Source of the DNA: Candidatus Obscuribacteraceae bacterium
GTDB taxonomy: Bacteria; Cyanobacteriota; Vampirovibrionia; Obscuribacterales; Obscuribacteraceae
Reading direction: 5' to 3'
Length of the DNA: 64,000 nt
Assembly (NCBI GenBank): GCA_044229845.1
Contig: JBGASG010000003.1
Span: 256,001-320,000, forward strand
A program made the position numbers and the translations under genes. Below are positions 1 through 9,565 of the stretch, in pieces. Position 1 is the first letter of the stretch, and each line of letters begins with the position of its first letter. The notes beneath the pieces were generated by a model, which was not told where the DNA came from, searched no databases, and saw only the letters and a list, made by a program, of their open reading frames with translations.

Positions 1-164
1 CCATCACCCTGCCTGCAGGCGTTGAAATGGTCATGCCCGGCGACAACGTCAACATGGTTGTCGAACTGATTCAACCAGTCGCCGTCGAAGAAGGCATGCG
101 CTTCGCCATCCGCGAAGGCGGCCGTACAGTCGGCGCCGGCGTCGTAGCCAAAATCATCGAATAG
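1..164 (+). CDS. tuf: Elongation factor Tu, C-terminal part (5' truncated by window edge)
   Basis: Frame from nt 3 reads [53 protein letters not shown], the canonical EF-Tu C-terminus; not in the ORF track. Confidence 0.98.
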   Translation, partial: ITLPAGVEMVMPGDNVNMVVELIQPVAVEEGMRFAIREGGRTVGAGVVAKIIE

Positions 165-192
165 TCACCGACTCTTCGAAGAAGACCTGTTT

Positions 193-226
193 AGAGAGGC
201 GTAGCGCAAGCTGCGCCTCTCTTTTT
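193..226 (+). terminator. Rho-independent terminator of tuf
   Basis: AGAGAGGCGTAGC-GCAA-GCTGCGCCTCTCT stem with GNRA loop followed by a T run. Confidence 0.9.
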
Positions 227-233
227 GCCGCCG

Positions 234-413
234 AAGAAACCAGACAACAGCACCACCGACACCGCCGGCAAGGGCGCGAAGAGTTTCGTGTATACAAATC
301 CTTCAACATTGCGCTTGGCAGCTCAACAGGTAACCAACTATTGCTGAGCCGCTCAGAAAGCCAATCGCGGCTGCCAGTATGTCGCGCGCCCCGCCAGTGG
401 TGCCATTTCAGGT
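234..413 (-). ncRNA. Candidate structured ncRNA (~175 nt), 6S-RNA-like rod
   Basis: Minus-strand ends pair (AAUGGCACCACUGGC with GUCGGUGGUGCUGUU, including G-U pairs); inner helices GGGGCGCG/CGCGCCCU and GCGGCUCAGCA/UGUUGAGCUGC; extended -10 6 nt upstream; U-rich 3' tail. Family assignment is by shape and size only. Confidence 0.5.
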
Positions 414-419
414 GCTTGG

Positions 420-428
420 AATGTATCA
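420..428 (-). promoter_or_regulatory. Extended -10 promoter element for the candidate ncRNA
   Basis: Minus strand TG-A-TACATT, 6 nt before the first base of the closing stem. Confidence 0.45.
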
Positions 429-500
429 AATTGTCGCGCAATCATTATGGACGAATAAATTTTTAGGCGAGCATTTAACCTATTACGTTAAAATGAACGA

Positions 501-642
501 CTTGTTCCGAATCCATCGCTCCGTGAGCTTTTCGCACATAAGAGCCGGTTAATCCTCGCGGAGAACCGGCGACGGAGCAGGTACCGGGAGCGAGGCGTAC
601 CAACGCCCCCGGCGGACAAGGTTCTCATGCACAACTGGAGAA
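501..642 (+). promoter_or_regulatory. Structured 5' leader of the S10 operon
   Basis: TAAAAT at 489-494 upstream; nested helices 501-509/613-620, 518-524/572-578, 544-550/564-570, 584-588/608-612, 594-598/603-607; TTCTC(622-626)/GAGAA(638-642) covers the SD. Confidence 0.5.
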
Positions 643-1005
643 ATGAGCAACATGGCACGCGCCAAAGCACATAAGGCTGGTGATACTACCGGCGGAGCAA
701 AGGTCCAACGGATTCGCATTCGTTTGAAATCCTACGACCATCGCTTGCTGGACAAATCGGCCGAACAAATCGTCGACACCGCCAAACGCACCGGCGCCAC
801 CGTCCTCGGACCGGTTCCGCTGCCCACCCGCAAGCGCGTCTATTGCGTGTTGCGTTCTCCCCACGTCGACAAAAAGTCCCGCGAGCACTTCGAGATTCGC
901 GTGCACAAAAGATTGATCGACATAAACGATCCGACCCCGACCACGGCCGATGCGCTCATGCGCCTCGATCTGCCGGCCGGTGTTGATATCGAAGTGAAGC
1001 TATAA
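643..1005 (+). CDS. rpsJ: 30S ribosomal protein S10 (alternative start 652)
   Basis: [14 protein letters not shown]...GPVPLPT...[14 protein letters not shown]...HKRLIDI motifs. Confidence 0.99.
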   Translation: MSNMARAKAHKAGDTTGGAKVQRIRIRLKSYDHRLLDKSAEQIVDTAKRTGATVLGPVPLPTRKRVYCVLRSPHVDKKSREHFEIRVHKRLIDINDPTPTTADALMRLDLPAGVDIEVKL

Positions 1006-1025
1006 ACAAGCACGGATAAGCGCAA

Positions 1026-1676
1026 ATGAAAAATTCAGTTGGAATTCTGGGTAAAAAGGTCGGCATGACGCAAGTCTTCGATAAAGAAGGCTCCGTAGTG
1101 CCGGTCACCGTCGTGCAACTCGGCGAAAACATCGTTACCCAAAAATTGACCGCCGAGAAGAATGGCTACACAGCCGTACAAATCGGCGGTTTCGTCGTCA
1201 AAGAAACCAAACTCAACAAGCCCGAGCGAGGCGGCCAGACCAAACAGAATTTGCCACCGCTCAAGCCCCTCAAAGAGTTCCGCGTCAAAGATTCCTCCGC
1301 CTTCAATGTCGGCGAAGAATTGAAACCAGCGGAACTTTTTGCTGAAGGCACTCTCGTTGATGTGCAAGGCAGAACGATCGGTAAAGGCTTCCAGGGAACT
1401 ATCAAGCGCTACCACGCCGGTCGTGGACCGATGAGCCACGGCTCCAAGTTCCACCGCTCTATGGGTTCGATCGGACCCGGCACCACCCCCGGTCGCACTT
1501 TCAAGGGTCTGCACATGCCCGGTCAAATGGGCAACGTCACCGCGACGGTCCGCCATCTGACAGTGGTCAGTGTCGACACCGAAAAGCGCCTGATGCTGAT
1601 CCGCGGCACCGTTCCTGGTGCAGAAGGCGGACTTCTGGTAATCACCCCCTCCGTCACTAAGTGGAACGCCAAGTAA
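1026..1676 (+). CDS. rplC: 50S ribosomal protein L3
   Basis: [27 protein letters not shown] motifs; operon position. Confidence 0.99.
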   Translation: MKNSVGILGKKVGMTQVFDKEGSVVPVTVVQLGENIVTQKLTAEKNGYTAVQIGGFVVKETKLNKPERGGQTKQNLPPLKPLKEFRVKDSSAFNVGEELKPAELFAEGTLVDVQGRTIGKGFQGTIKRYHAGRGPMSHGSKFHRSMGSIGPGTTPGRTFKGLHMPGQMGNVTATVRHLTVVSVDTEKRLMLIRGTVPGAEGGLLVITPSVTKWNAK

Positions 1677-1731
1677 TCGAACCTCTTATATACGTGACAA
1701 AAGCGAACCAACCCAACAGGGAAATTGAGAC

Positions 1732-2544
1732 ATGAGTTCTGTTCAACTGAAAGATCTGAAAGGCAAAAGCGTCGGCGAAGTGAATTTCGACGGAGAGCTT
1801 TTCGACATCGAACCGAACGTTCCGGTTCTGCATTCGGCGCTGCATCGCCAGCTGACCAATGCGCGCGTCGGCAGCGCTTCCACTAAAACGCGTTCGGAAG
1901 TGCGTGGCGGCGGCCGCAAACCGTGGCGTCAAAAAGGCACCGGTCGCGCTCGCGCCGGTTCGACTCGCTCGCCACTGTGGTCGGGCGGCGGCGTCATCTT
2001 TGGACCAAAGCCGCGCGATTATTCGCAGTCGATGACCAAAAAGTCCCGCCAACTGGCATTGCGCTCGGCGATCGCCGCCCGCAAAGATGATTTCACCGTC
2101 GTGCAAAACTTCGATGGTCTCTTCAGCAAACCACCAGTTGAAGGCAAAGAAGTCGAGCACATCAAAACCAAAGCCTTCTTCACCGCCCTCAAAGATCTCG
2201 GTCTGACCGGCAAGAAACTGCTCGTCCTTCTGGACAGCGCAGCTCCCGGTGCCGCCCAGGTCGAAAAGGCTGCCCGCAATATCGGCACGGTTTGCGTCTG
2301 CCACACCACCAACCTGAACGTCAAAGCGCTTCTGGAAGCAGATGCGATCTTGACCACGGAAAGAGCTGTGGAAGCGCTTAACTCCCGTTTCAGAGCCCAC
2401 AAAACCACCGGTGCCGGCACCAAGCACGGTACCGCCAAAGAACGCAAGACGGCTAAAGCCACCGCCAAAGAAGGCGCTGAAAAGCCGGCCAAGAAAGCCG
2501 CTCCCAAAGCAGCCGACAAAAAGACCGGCAAAGAAACTAACTAG
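1732..2544 (+). CDS. rplD: 50S ribosomal protein L4 with Lys/Ala-rich C-terminal tail
   Basis: TKTRSEVRGGGRKPWRQKGTGRARAGS...GGGVIFGPKPRDY. Confidence 0.99.
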   Translation: MSSVQLKDLKGKSVGEVNFDGELFDIEPNVPVLHSALHRQLTNARVGSASTKTRSEVRGGGRKPWRQKGTGRARAGSTRSPLWSGGGVIFGPKPRDYSQSMTKKSRQLALRSAIAARKDDFTVVQNFDGLFSKPPVEGKEVEHIKTKAFFTALKDLGLTGKKLLVLLDSAAPGAAQVEKAARNIGTVCVCHTTNLNVKALLEADAILTTERAVEALNSRFRAHKTTGAGTKHGTAKERKTAKATAKEGAEKPAKKAAPKAADKKTGKETN

Positions 2545-2568
2545 AGCCAAGCACTAAAGGACTACAAG

Positions 2569-2874
2569 ATGGACAGCCGTCAATCACAGATCATCATCAG
2601 ACCAATCATCAACGAAAAGACCGTGTTGATGACGATGAACAATCAATACACCTTCGAAGTGGCGAAAAACGCCAACAAGACGGAGATTGCTCGCGCGATG
2701 GAACAAATCATCAGCGAACTGTGGCCCAAAAACAAATCCACGGTCGTGAAGGTCAACACGTCCGCCACCCGCGGTCGCTTCCGCGCCCGCAAGCGTCACG
2801 GCCGCAAGCCGCATGACGGCAAAAAAGCCATCATCACCATCGATGGCGATCCGCTCGAACTCTTCAACAGCTAA
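2569..2874 (+). CDS. rplW: 50S ribosomal protein L23 (divergent)
   Basis: IIIRPIINEKT, NQYTFEV, ANKTEI, KKAIIT; position between rplD and rplB. Confidence 0.95.
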   Translation: MDSRQSQIIIRPIINEKTVLMTMNNQYTFEVAKNANKTEIARAMEQIISELWPKNKSTVVKVNTSATRGRFRARKRHGRKPHDGKKAIITIDGDPLELFNS

Positions 2875-2967
2875 CCCAACAACATCAGTTATGGGCTATC
2901 GCAAAAAAAATACGGATATCGCAAAAGCGAGCCGCCTAGATAGCCCGCAAAGATAAGGACCAACAAA

Positions 2968-3798
2968 ATGGCACTCAGAAAAGTAAATCCTACCTCGCCC
3001 GGTCGACGCGGCATGACGCTGCAAGACTTCTCGGACATTACCAAAGGTAAGCCCGAGAAAGCTCTTGTCCGCGCTCTGCGCAAAACCGGCGGCCGCAACA
3101 ACCAGGGTCGCCTGACCACCCGCCACCATGGCGGCGGTCATAAACGCAACTATCGCGTCATCGACTTCAAACGCGACAAGGCCGGCATTCCGTGCGTTGT
3201 CAACGCAATCGAATACGATCCCAACCGCAACGCCCGCATAGCCCTGCTCTTCTACGCGGATGGCGAAAAACGTTATATTCTCGCGCCCAACAATTTGAAA
3301 GTCGGTGACAGCCTGATGTCAGGTCCGGCCGCCGAAATCAAAGACGGCAACGCGCTTCCCCTGCGCGCCATTCCTCTGGGCACCATCGTCCATAACGTCG
3401 AAATGATTCCCGGCAAAGGCGGACAACTCGGTCGCGCCGCCGGCACGCAAATCCAAGTTCTCGCCAAAGAAGGCAAAACCTGCACCCTGCGTCTTCCCTC
3501 CGGTGAAATGCGCATGGTGCACATCGAGTGCATGGCTACCATCGGTCAGCTCTCCAACCCTGATGCCAAAAACATCAGCCTCGGTAAAGCCGGTCGCAGC
3601 CGCTGGCTCGGTATCAAACCGACCAACCGCGGTGTTGCGATGAATGCTGTCGACCACCCACACGGCGGCGGCGAAGGCAAGTCACCAATCGGTGGCAAGC
3701 CGCAAACTCCATGGGGCAAGCCGGCGATGGGTTATAAGACCCGCCGCGGCAAGAATTCCTCAACCAAATACATCGTCAAGCGCCGCAACGCCAAATAA
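2968..3798 (+). CDS. rplB: 50S ribosomal protein L2
   Basis: [36 protein letters not shown]. Confidence 0.99.
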   Translation: MALRKVNPTSPGRRGMTLQDFSDITKGKPEKALVRALRKTGGRNNQGRLTTRHHGGGHKRNYRVIDFKRDKAGIPCVVNAIEYDPNRNARIALLFYADGEKRYILAPNNLKVGDSLMSGPAAEIKDGNALPLRAIPLGTIVHNVEMIPGKGGQLGRAAGTQIQVLAKEGKTCTLRLPSGEMRMVHIECMATIGQLSNPDAKNISLGKAGRSRWLGIKPTNRGVAMNAVDHPHGGGEGKSPIGGKPQTPWGKPAMGYKTRRGKNSSTKYIVKRRNAK

Positions 3799-3820
3799 GG
3801 CTATCTAGGAGAAAGAAGAC

Positions 3821-4102
3821 GTGTCTCGTTCACTCAAAAAAGGTCCTTACGTTCACCCTTCGATCAGCAAAAAGATCGAAGAGATGAATCGCAAAGGAGA
3901 AAAGAAGGTCATCAAGGCCTGGGCTCGCGCCTCCATGATCATTCCGGAAATGATCGGCCACACCATCGCTATCTACAACGGTCGCAAGCACGTGCCTGTC
4001 TACATCACAGAACAAATGATCGGTCACCGACTCGGCGAATTTGCGCCCACGCGCTTCTTCAAAGGTCATGCCGGCGGCGAAAAGACCGCTAAGAGGGCGT
4101 AA
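3821..4102 (+). CDS. rpsS: 30S ribosomal protein S19 (GTG start)
   Basis: [10 protein letters not shown]...[12 protein letters not shown]. Confidence 0.99.
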   Translation: MSRSLKKGPYVHPSISKKIEEMNRKGEKKVIKAWARASMIIPEMIGHTIAIYNGRKHVPVYITEQMIGHRLGEFAPTRFFKGHAGGEKTAKRA

Positions 4103-4107
4103 TCATC

Positions 4108-4458
4108 ATGCATACCAGAGCACAAGCAAAATGGGTCAGGATGTCACCTTTGAAGGTGCGCCGCATCATGAACCTTATTCGCGGCAAAACCGTCGAAGAA
4201 GCGTACGTCACGCTCTCCTTCCTGCCGCACTCGGCCGCCAGTGAAATCAAGAAAGTGCTGCATTCCGCCATGCACAACTTGATCAACCACCAGCACAACC
4301 CGGTCAACATCAAGGAAGTGCAACAGTTCCGCGTCAGCAAGGCACTTGTGGACCAGGGACCGACGCTGCGCCGCTGGCAACCACATGCCCGTGGTCGCGC
4401 CTTCCCGATTAAGAAGCGCACCAGCCATATCACCATCGAATTAGACGATCTGCAGTAA
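4108..4458 (+). CDS. rplV: 50S ribosomal protein L22
   Basis: RMSPLKVR...IRGK...VDQGPTLRR...ARGRA...KRTSHITI. Confidence 0.98.
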   Translation: MHTRAQAKWVRMSPLKVRRIMNLIRGKTVEEAYVTLSFLPHSAASEIKKVLHSAMHNLINHQHNPVNIKEVQQFRVSKALVDQGPTLRRWQPHARGRAFPIKKRTSHITIELDDLQ

Positions 4459-4471
4459 GGAGCAATAAATC

Positions 4472-5341
4472 GTGGGTCAAAAAGTACACCCGAATGGTTT
4501 CCGCCTCGGCATCCACAAAGGATGGGCGTCGAACTGGTTCGTTTCGACCAAAGACTTCGGTTTCTTGCTCGAAGAAGACCATCGCATCCGCAACTTCATC
4601 AAGAAAGAGTTGCAGGGCGCCGGCGTTTCCAAAGTGGAAATCAATCGCAAAGCAGATCAGATCAACATCGATATCTACACCGCTCGCCTCGGCGTCGCCG
4701 TCGGCAAAGGCGGACAGGGAATCGAGAGCCTGCATCAAAAAATTCGCGGCATGCTCAACCGCCAGGGCATCGATATCAAAATCAATATCCTGGAAATCAA
4801 CCGCGTCGATCTGGAGTCGCAACTGGTCGCTGAATCCATTGCCCAACAGCTGGAGAAGCGCGTTGCCTTCCGTCGCGCCATGAAGCAAGCAGTGCAACGC
4901 TGCATGCGCGCCGGCGCCGTCGGCGTCAAAATCATGGTAGCAGGCAGATTGGGCGGCGCTGAAATCGCCCGCACCGAGTGGACCAAAGAAGGTCGGATTC
5001 CTCTGCAAACACTGAGAGCAGACGTGGATTACGGTCTGGCTGAAGCCCACACCATGATGGGATTGATTGGTATCAAAGTCTGGATTTTCCGCGGCGAACT
5101 CGAGCGCGGACAATGGTCACCTCCGAACGTCAAAGCCCCCAGCGAAAGACCAGATCAAGCTGCTAACCGCGCTGAGCGTGGTGGTGGCGGCGGCGATCGC
5201 GGTCGCCAGGGACGTCGCGGTCGCGGCGGTGGCGGACATGATCGCGGTAGCGAACGCGGCGATCGCGGTGGACGCGGCGGTGGCGGTGGCGGCGGTGTCG
5301 GCGGCAACGAAGGCGCTCCGCCGGCGGAAGACCAACAGTAA
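4472..5341 (+). CDS. rpsC: 30S ribosomal protein S3 with RG/G-rich C-terminal tail
   Basis: GQKVHPNGFRLGI, FRRAMKQAV, GRLGGAEIARTE, GRIPLQTLRADVDY. Confidence 0.99.
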   Translation: MGQKVHPNGFRLGIHKGWASNWFVSTKDFGFLLEEDHRIRNFIKKELQGAGVSKVEINRKADQINIDIYTARLGVAVGKGGQGIESLHQKIRGMLNRQGIDIKINILEINRVDLESQLVAESIAQQLEKRVAFRRAMKQAVQRCMRAGAVGVKIMVAGRLGGAEIARTEWTKEGRIPLQTLRADVDYGLAEAHTMMGLIGIKVWIFRGELERGQWSPPNVKAPSERPDQAANRAERGGGGGDRGRQGRRGRGGGGHDRGSERGDRGGRGGGGGGGVGGNEGAPPAEDQQ

Positions 5342-5376
5342 GTAAAGATCGAACGAACTACCAAGGATAACTAGCC

Positions 5377-5796
5377 ATGTTAATGCCAAAGCGAACAAAA
5401 TTCCGTAAGCACCACAGGGGTCGGATGACGGGTACCGAAACCCGCGGCGCTGAAGTGCAGTTCGGCGAATTGGGTTTGCAAGCACAAGAACCGGCGTGGA
5501 TTACTTCCCGCCAGATCGAAGCCGCCCGTAAAGTGATGAGCCGTAGCGTTCGTCGCGGCGGACAACTGTGGATTCGCGTTTTCCCGGACAAATCGGTTTC
5601 CAAAAAACCGGCTGAAACCCGTATGGGATCCGGAAAAGGCGCACCGGAATTCTGGGTCGCTGTGATCAAACCAGGACGTGTTCTGTTTGAGATCTCCGGC
5701 GTGCCCGTCGCTGAAGCGCGCGAAGCAATGCACCTGGCTTCGCAAAAGCTGCCCATCAAGTGCAAGGTGATCACGCGTCAGGCAGGAGGCGCCTAA
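5377..5796 (+). CDS. rplP: 50S ribosomal protein L16
   Basis: [27 protein letters not shown]. Confidence 0.99.
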   Translation: MLMPKRTKFRKHHRGRMTGTETRGAEVQFGELGLQAQEPAWITSRQIEAARKVMSRSVRRGGQLWIRVFPDKSVSKKPAETRMGSGKGAPEFWVAVIKPGRVLFEISGVPVAEAREAMHLASQKLPIKCKVITRQAGGA

Positions 5797-6068
5797 TGAA
5801 AGTAGCCGAAATCAAAGACCTGTCGGCTGATGAACTGAATGCCCGCATCACCGACACACGCAAAGAAATAGTCGACCTGCGCTTCCAACTCGGCGCTCGC
5901 AAGCTGGAGAAGCCGCACAAGATTCGCGATGCCCGCAAACTCTTGAGCAGACTTTTGACAGTGCAAACTCAGAAGCACAACGACGAAATCGCCAAAGCCG
6001 GCGACAAAGAAGCCAAAGCTGCTAAAGCTGAAAAGCCCGCAGCCAAAGCTAAAGCCAAAACCAAGTAA
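5796..6068 (+). CDS. rpmC: 50S ribosomal protein L29 with Lys/Ala tail
   Basis: ATG overlaps the rplP stop (TAATG); [10 protein letters not shown]...LRFQ...LEKPHKIRDARK. Confidence 0.96.
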   Translation: MKVAEIKDLSADELNARITDTRKEIVDLRFQLGARKLEKPHKIRDARKLLSRLLTVQTQKHNDEIAKAGDKEAKAAKAEKPAAKAKAKTK

Positions 6069-6090
6069 CAAGTAATAGGTAGAGCAGAAA

Positions 6091-6366
6091 ATGCCGAAGA
6101 AAGAACTGGTCGGAAAAGTGGTGTCCAACAAGATGGACAAGACGGTGGTAGTCGCCGTCGACAGCTACGTGCCGCACCCGCGCTACGAAAAACAAATTGT
6201 GCGCACCGCCAAATTCAAAGCGCACGATGCTGAAAACAAATGCCAGCTTGGCGACAAGGTGCGCATTCAAGAGTGCCGTCCGCTTTCCAGGGACAAGCAT
6301 TTCACGGTCATTCAAGTTATCGGTTCAACCCGGGACCTCACGGTTCCGACTGAGGAGTTAGGGTAA
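6091..6366 (+). CDS. rpsQ: 30S ribosomal protein S17
   Basis: [14 protein letters not shown]...HPRY...[13 protein letters not shown]. Confidence 0.99.
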   Translation: MPKKELVGKVVSNKMDKTVVVAVDSYVPHPRYEKQIVRTAKFKAHDAENKCQLGDKVRIQECRPLSRDKHFTVIQVIGSTRDLTVPTEELG

Positions 6367-6734
6367 TGATTCAAGCGCAAACGCGATTGACGGTAGCCGA
6401 TAACACCGGCGCGCGCGAGCTCATGTGCATCCGCGTGATGGGCTCCTCGAATCGTCGCTACGCATCCGTCGGTGATGTCATCGTGGCCGTCGTTAAAGAC
6501 GCGCTGCCCAACATGCCCGTCAAAAAGTCTGAAGTTGTGAAAGCGGTCATCGTCCGCGTTCGCAATCACATCCGCCGTCCGGACGGTTCGACGATTCGTT
6601 TCGACGATAACGCCGCCGTTATTATTCAAAAAGACGGCAACCCGAAAGGGACACGCGTATTCGGTCCAATCGCCCGCGAACTTCGCGACAAGAACTTCAC
6701 GAAGATCGTTTCGCTGGCACCGGAGGTTCTCTAA
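6366..6734 (+). CDS. rplN: 50S ribosomal protein L14
   Basis: [34 protein letters not shown]. Confidence 0.99.
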   Translation: MIQAQTRLTVADNTGARELMCIRVMGSSNRRYASVGDVIVAVVKDALPNMPVKKSEVVKAVIVRVRNHIRRPDGSTIRFDDNAAVIIQKDGNPKGTRVFGPIARELRDKNFTKIVSLAPEVL

Positions 6735-6739
6735 AGATC

Positions 6740-7243
6740 ATGGCTGTCGAAACTAAAAAGCAAATTCGCTTCAGCAATTCACCCATTGCCAGAAAACACA
6801 AACCCGGCGGACGCACCGTCGTCTCCCGCGCGTTTGTGCAAGAAGGCGCCACCAACCTGCGCCCGCATGTGCACGTCAAGCGCGGCGACATGGTGATGCT
6901 GATTTCCGGACCGAAGAAAGAAGACAAAAAACGCGACAAAGATCTGCAAAAGCGTTTCGATGAGCGTAATGCCTTCAAAGGCATGGTCGGCAAAGTCTTG
7001 TCCGTGTCCGCCAAAACCGGCAAAGTCACCGTCGAAGGTATCAACATCGTCACCCGCGCCAGCAAACCGCGCGGTCCGATGTCCAAATCGGGGCTGATCA
7101 CTAAAGAAGCTCCGCTCTTCGCCTCGCGCGTCATGCTCTACTGCACAGCTTGCAAAAAGCCGACGCGCATCAAGCATAAAGTCCAGGACAACGGCAAGAA
7201 AACGCGCGTTTGTCACCACTGCCAACAGGCAATTGATGCCTAA
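6740..7243 (+). CDS. rplX: 50S ribosomal protein L24 with N-terminal extension, KOW insertion and CxxC/CxxC
   Basis: HVKRGDMVMLISG...KG..GKV...VEGINIVTR...EAPL; CTAC and CHHC; position after rplN. Confidence 0.95.
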   Translation: MAVETKKQIRFSNSPIARKHKPGGRTVVSRAFVQEGATNLRPHVHVKRGDMVMLISGPKKEDKKRDKDLQKRFDERNAFKGMVGKVLSVSAKTGKVTVEGINIVTRASKPRGPMSKSGLITKEAPLFASRVMLYCTACKKPTRIKHKVQDNGKKTRVCHHCQQAIDA

Positions 7244-7295
7244 TTAGACACGACAAAGACCGTGTCGAACCCTAGAACAACAAGAGAGCAAGAAA

Positions 7296-7832
7296 GTGAA
7301 ACTGAAAGAGAAGTACCAGAAGGAAGTTGTGCCGGCGCTCACCAAAGAGTTCGGTTACACCAACAACATGCAAGTGCCGCGCCTCGAAAAGGTCGTCATC
7401 AACATGGGTCTGGGCGAAGCCACTGCTAACGCCAAAGCCATTGAAGGCGGTCTCAAAGATTTGACGGCGATTGCCGGACAAAAGCCCGTGGTCAACCGCG
7501 CCCGCAAATCCATCGCCACCTTCAAAGTGCGCAAAGGCATGCCGGTCGGAGCCTCGGTCACCCTGCGCGGTCAGCGCATGTTCGACTTCCTCTCCAAGTT
7601 GATCAACATCTCGTTGCCCCGTATCCGCGACTTCCGCGGACTGTCCAACAAGTCGTTTGATGGACGCGGCAACTATTCTCTCGGCGTCAAAGAGCAAATC
7701 ATGTTCCCGGAAATCAACTACGAAAACGTTGATGCCATCCGCGGCATGGACATCTCAATCGTCACCACCGCGCGTACCGACCAGGAGGGCAGAGCACTTC
7801 TGCTGCACCTCGGTATGCCGTTCAAGAAGTAG
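7296..7832 (+). CDS. rplE: 50S ribosomal protein L5 (GTG start)
   Basis: [30 protein letters not shown]. Confidence 0.99.
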   Translation: MKLKEKYQKEVVPALTKEFGYTNNMQVPRLEKVVINMGLGEATANAKAIEGGLKDLTAIAGQKPVVNRARKSIATFKVRKGMPVGASVTLRGQRMFDFLSKLINISLPRIRDFRGLSNKSFDGRGNYSLGVKEQIMFPEINYENVDAIRGMDISIVTTARTDQEGRALLLHLGMPFKK

Positions 7833-7878
7833 ACAGCAGAGTCATAACTGACTCAGGGCCAATCACAAGGAGCGAAAC

Positions 7879-8085
7879 GTGGCCAAAACATCGATGATCG
7901 ACAAAGAAAACAAGCGCCGGGTCTCCGCCTCCCGCGGTAAATACCCGACCGTGCGCTTGCACAATCGCTGCCGAATTTGCGGCAGACCGCGCGGGTACTA
8001 CCGCGACTTCGGTCTGTGCCGCTGCTGCCTGCGCAAAATGGCTCACGAAGGTTTGATTCCCGGTTTGACCAAGTCCAGCTGGTAA
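7879..8085 (+). CDS. rpsN: 30S ribosomal protein S14, short zinc-binding type
   Basis: [40 protein letters not shown]. Confidence 0.98.
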   Translation: MAKTSMIDKENKRRVSASRGKYPTVRLHNRCRICGRPRGYYRDFGLCRCCLRKMAHEGLIPGLTKSSW

Positions 8086-8127
8086 CCACTTTCTTTTAGA
8101 TAGGACACAAGGAGCATTAGCTAACAC

Positions 8128-8529
8128 ATGCCAGTTACAGATCCGATTTCCGACATGTTCACGCGCATCCGCAATGCGGCTCGCACGCATGCGCCGGCGG
8201 TGGAAATGCCCGCTTCCAAACAGAAGCTGGCAGTCGCCGAGGTGCTTCGGAACGAAGGTTTCATCTCGTCCTTCGAAACAAAAGGGATTGGTACGCCAGA
8301 ACAGAAATTGCGCGTCGTCCTCAAGTACGGCCCCAAGGGTGAGCAAGTCATCCAGGGCATCAAGCGCGTCTCCAGACCCGGCTTGAGAATTTATCGTCCC
8401 GCCAAGAAAGTACCGCGCGTGCTGGGCGGACTCGGTGTTGCCATCGTCAGCACCTCATCTGGTCTCATGACCGATCGCCAGGCTCGCAAGAGCAATCTCG
8501 GTGGCGAAGTTTTAGGATTCGTTTGGTAA
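8128..8529 (+). CDS. rpsH: 30S ribosomal protein S8
   Basis: TDPISDMFTRIRNA, VSRPGLRIY, GGEVL. Confidence 0.99.
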   Translation: MPVTDPISDMFTRIRNAARTHAPAVEMPASKQKLAVAEVLRNEGFISSFETKGIGTPEQKLRVVLKYGPKGEQVIQGIKRVSRPGLRIYRPAKKVPRVLGGLGVAIVSTSSGLMTDRQARKSNLGGEVLGFVW

Positions 8530-8542
8530 AGAGGGTAAGCCC

Positions 8543-9088
8543 ATGTCTCGAATCGGCAAAGCACCGATTGCAGTACCATCTGGAGTGCAAATCACTCTCT
8601 CTGGTACCGAAGTCAAAGTAAAAGGACCGAAAGGCGAATTGAAGCGCCACATCCGTCCGGAAATCACAGTGCGTCAAGACGGCGACAAATTGCTCGTCGA
8701 GCGCACCTCGGAAGACCGTATCGTGCGCAGCCTGCACGGACTTTCCAGAACGCTGGTGGCCAACATGGTCAAAGGCGTCACCGATGGTTTCGAACGCAAG
8801 CTGGAAATCGTCGGCGTCGGTTATCGTGCCGCGGTCGAAGGACAGAAGCTGATCATGCAGCTCGGTTACAGCCACCCGGTGGAAATTCCGATTCCGCAAG
8901 GCATCGCCGTAACCGTCACCAAAAACACGGCTGTCTCGATCACCGGTTATGACAAGCAGCAACTGGGGGATTTCGTCTCCTACGTGCGCGACCGTCGTCC
9001 GCCTGAAGTTTACAAAGGCAAGGGCGTCAAGTACGCCGGCGAAGTCATCCGCCGCAAAGCTGGTAAAGCTGCCGGTAAGAAGAAGTAA
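8543..9088 (+). CDS. rplF: 50S ribosomal protein L6
   Basis: MSRIGKAPI, VKGPKGEL, GVGYRA, PEVYKGKGV. Confidence 0.99.
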   Translation: MSRIGKAPIAVPSGVQITLSGTEVKVKGPKGELKRHIRPEITVRQDGDKLLVERTSEDRIVRSLHGLSRTLVANMVKGVTDGFERKLEIVGVGYRAAVEGQKLIMQLGYSHPVEIPIPQGIAVTVTKNTAVSITGYDKQQLGDFVSYVRDRRPPEVYKGKGVKYAGEVIRRKAGKAAGKKK

Positions 9089-9175
9089 TGCATTCAAACT
9101 AATTGCGGCCTAGAAGCCGCAGCCTAACAAGTACGGATCGACAAAGCAGATTCGGAAATTTCAAAGGACAGGACA

Positions 9176-9541
9176 ATGATCAACAAGCCAAACAAAAACC
9201 AAGCCCGAGTCAAGCGCCATCAGCGCATTCGCAAACGCGTGGAAGGCACCACCGAGCGTCCGCGTCTTTGCGTTTATCGCTCCAACAAACATATCTACGC
9301 CCAGATCGTCGACGACACCCAAGCCAGCACAGTCGTTGCTGCTTCCACTCTCGATCCGGAATTGAAAGAAGTCGGCAAGACCTGGGACAAAGACGCCGCC
9401 AAAGCAGTCGGTCAATTGATTGCTAAACGCGCCAAGAAAAAAGGCATTGAAGCGGTCGTTTTCGATCGCGCCGGTTACATCTATCACGGCAGAATCGCTT
9501 CCGTAGCCGATGCGGCTCGCGAAGCCGGTTTGAACTTCTAA
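9176..9541 (+). CDS. rplR: 50S ribosomal protein L18
   Basis: [37 protein letters not shown]. Confidence 0.99.
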   Translation: MINKPNKNQARVKRHQRIRKRVEGTTERPRLCVYRSNKHIYAQIVDDTQASTVVAASTLDPELKEVGKTWDKDAAKAVGQLIAKRAKKKGIEAVVFDRAGYIYHGRIASVADAAREAGLNF

Positions 9542-9565
9542 CCAAGGAAAAGGAACTGCACCGAA

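Noticed and set aside
154..441. 95-aa minus-strand ORF between tuf and rpsJ
   Set aside because: No SD, implausible composition, and it overlaps the tuf end and terminator; the region is better explained as structured RNA.
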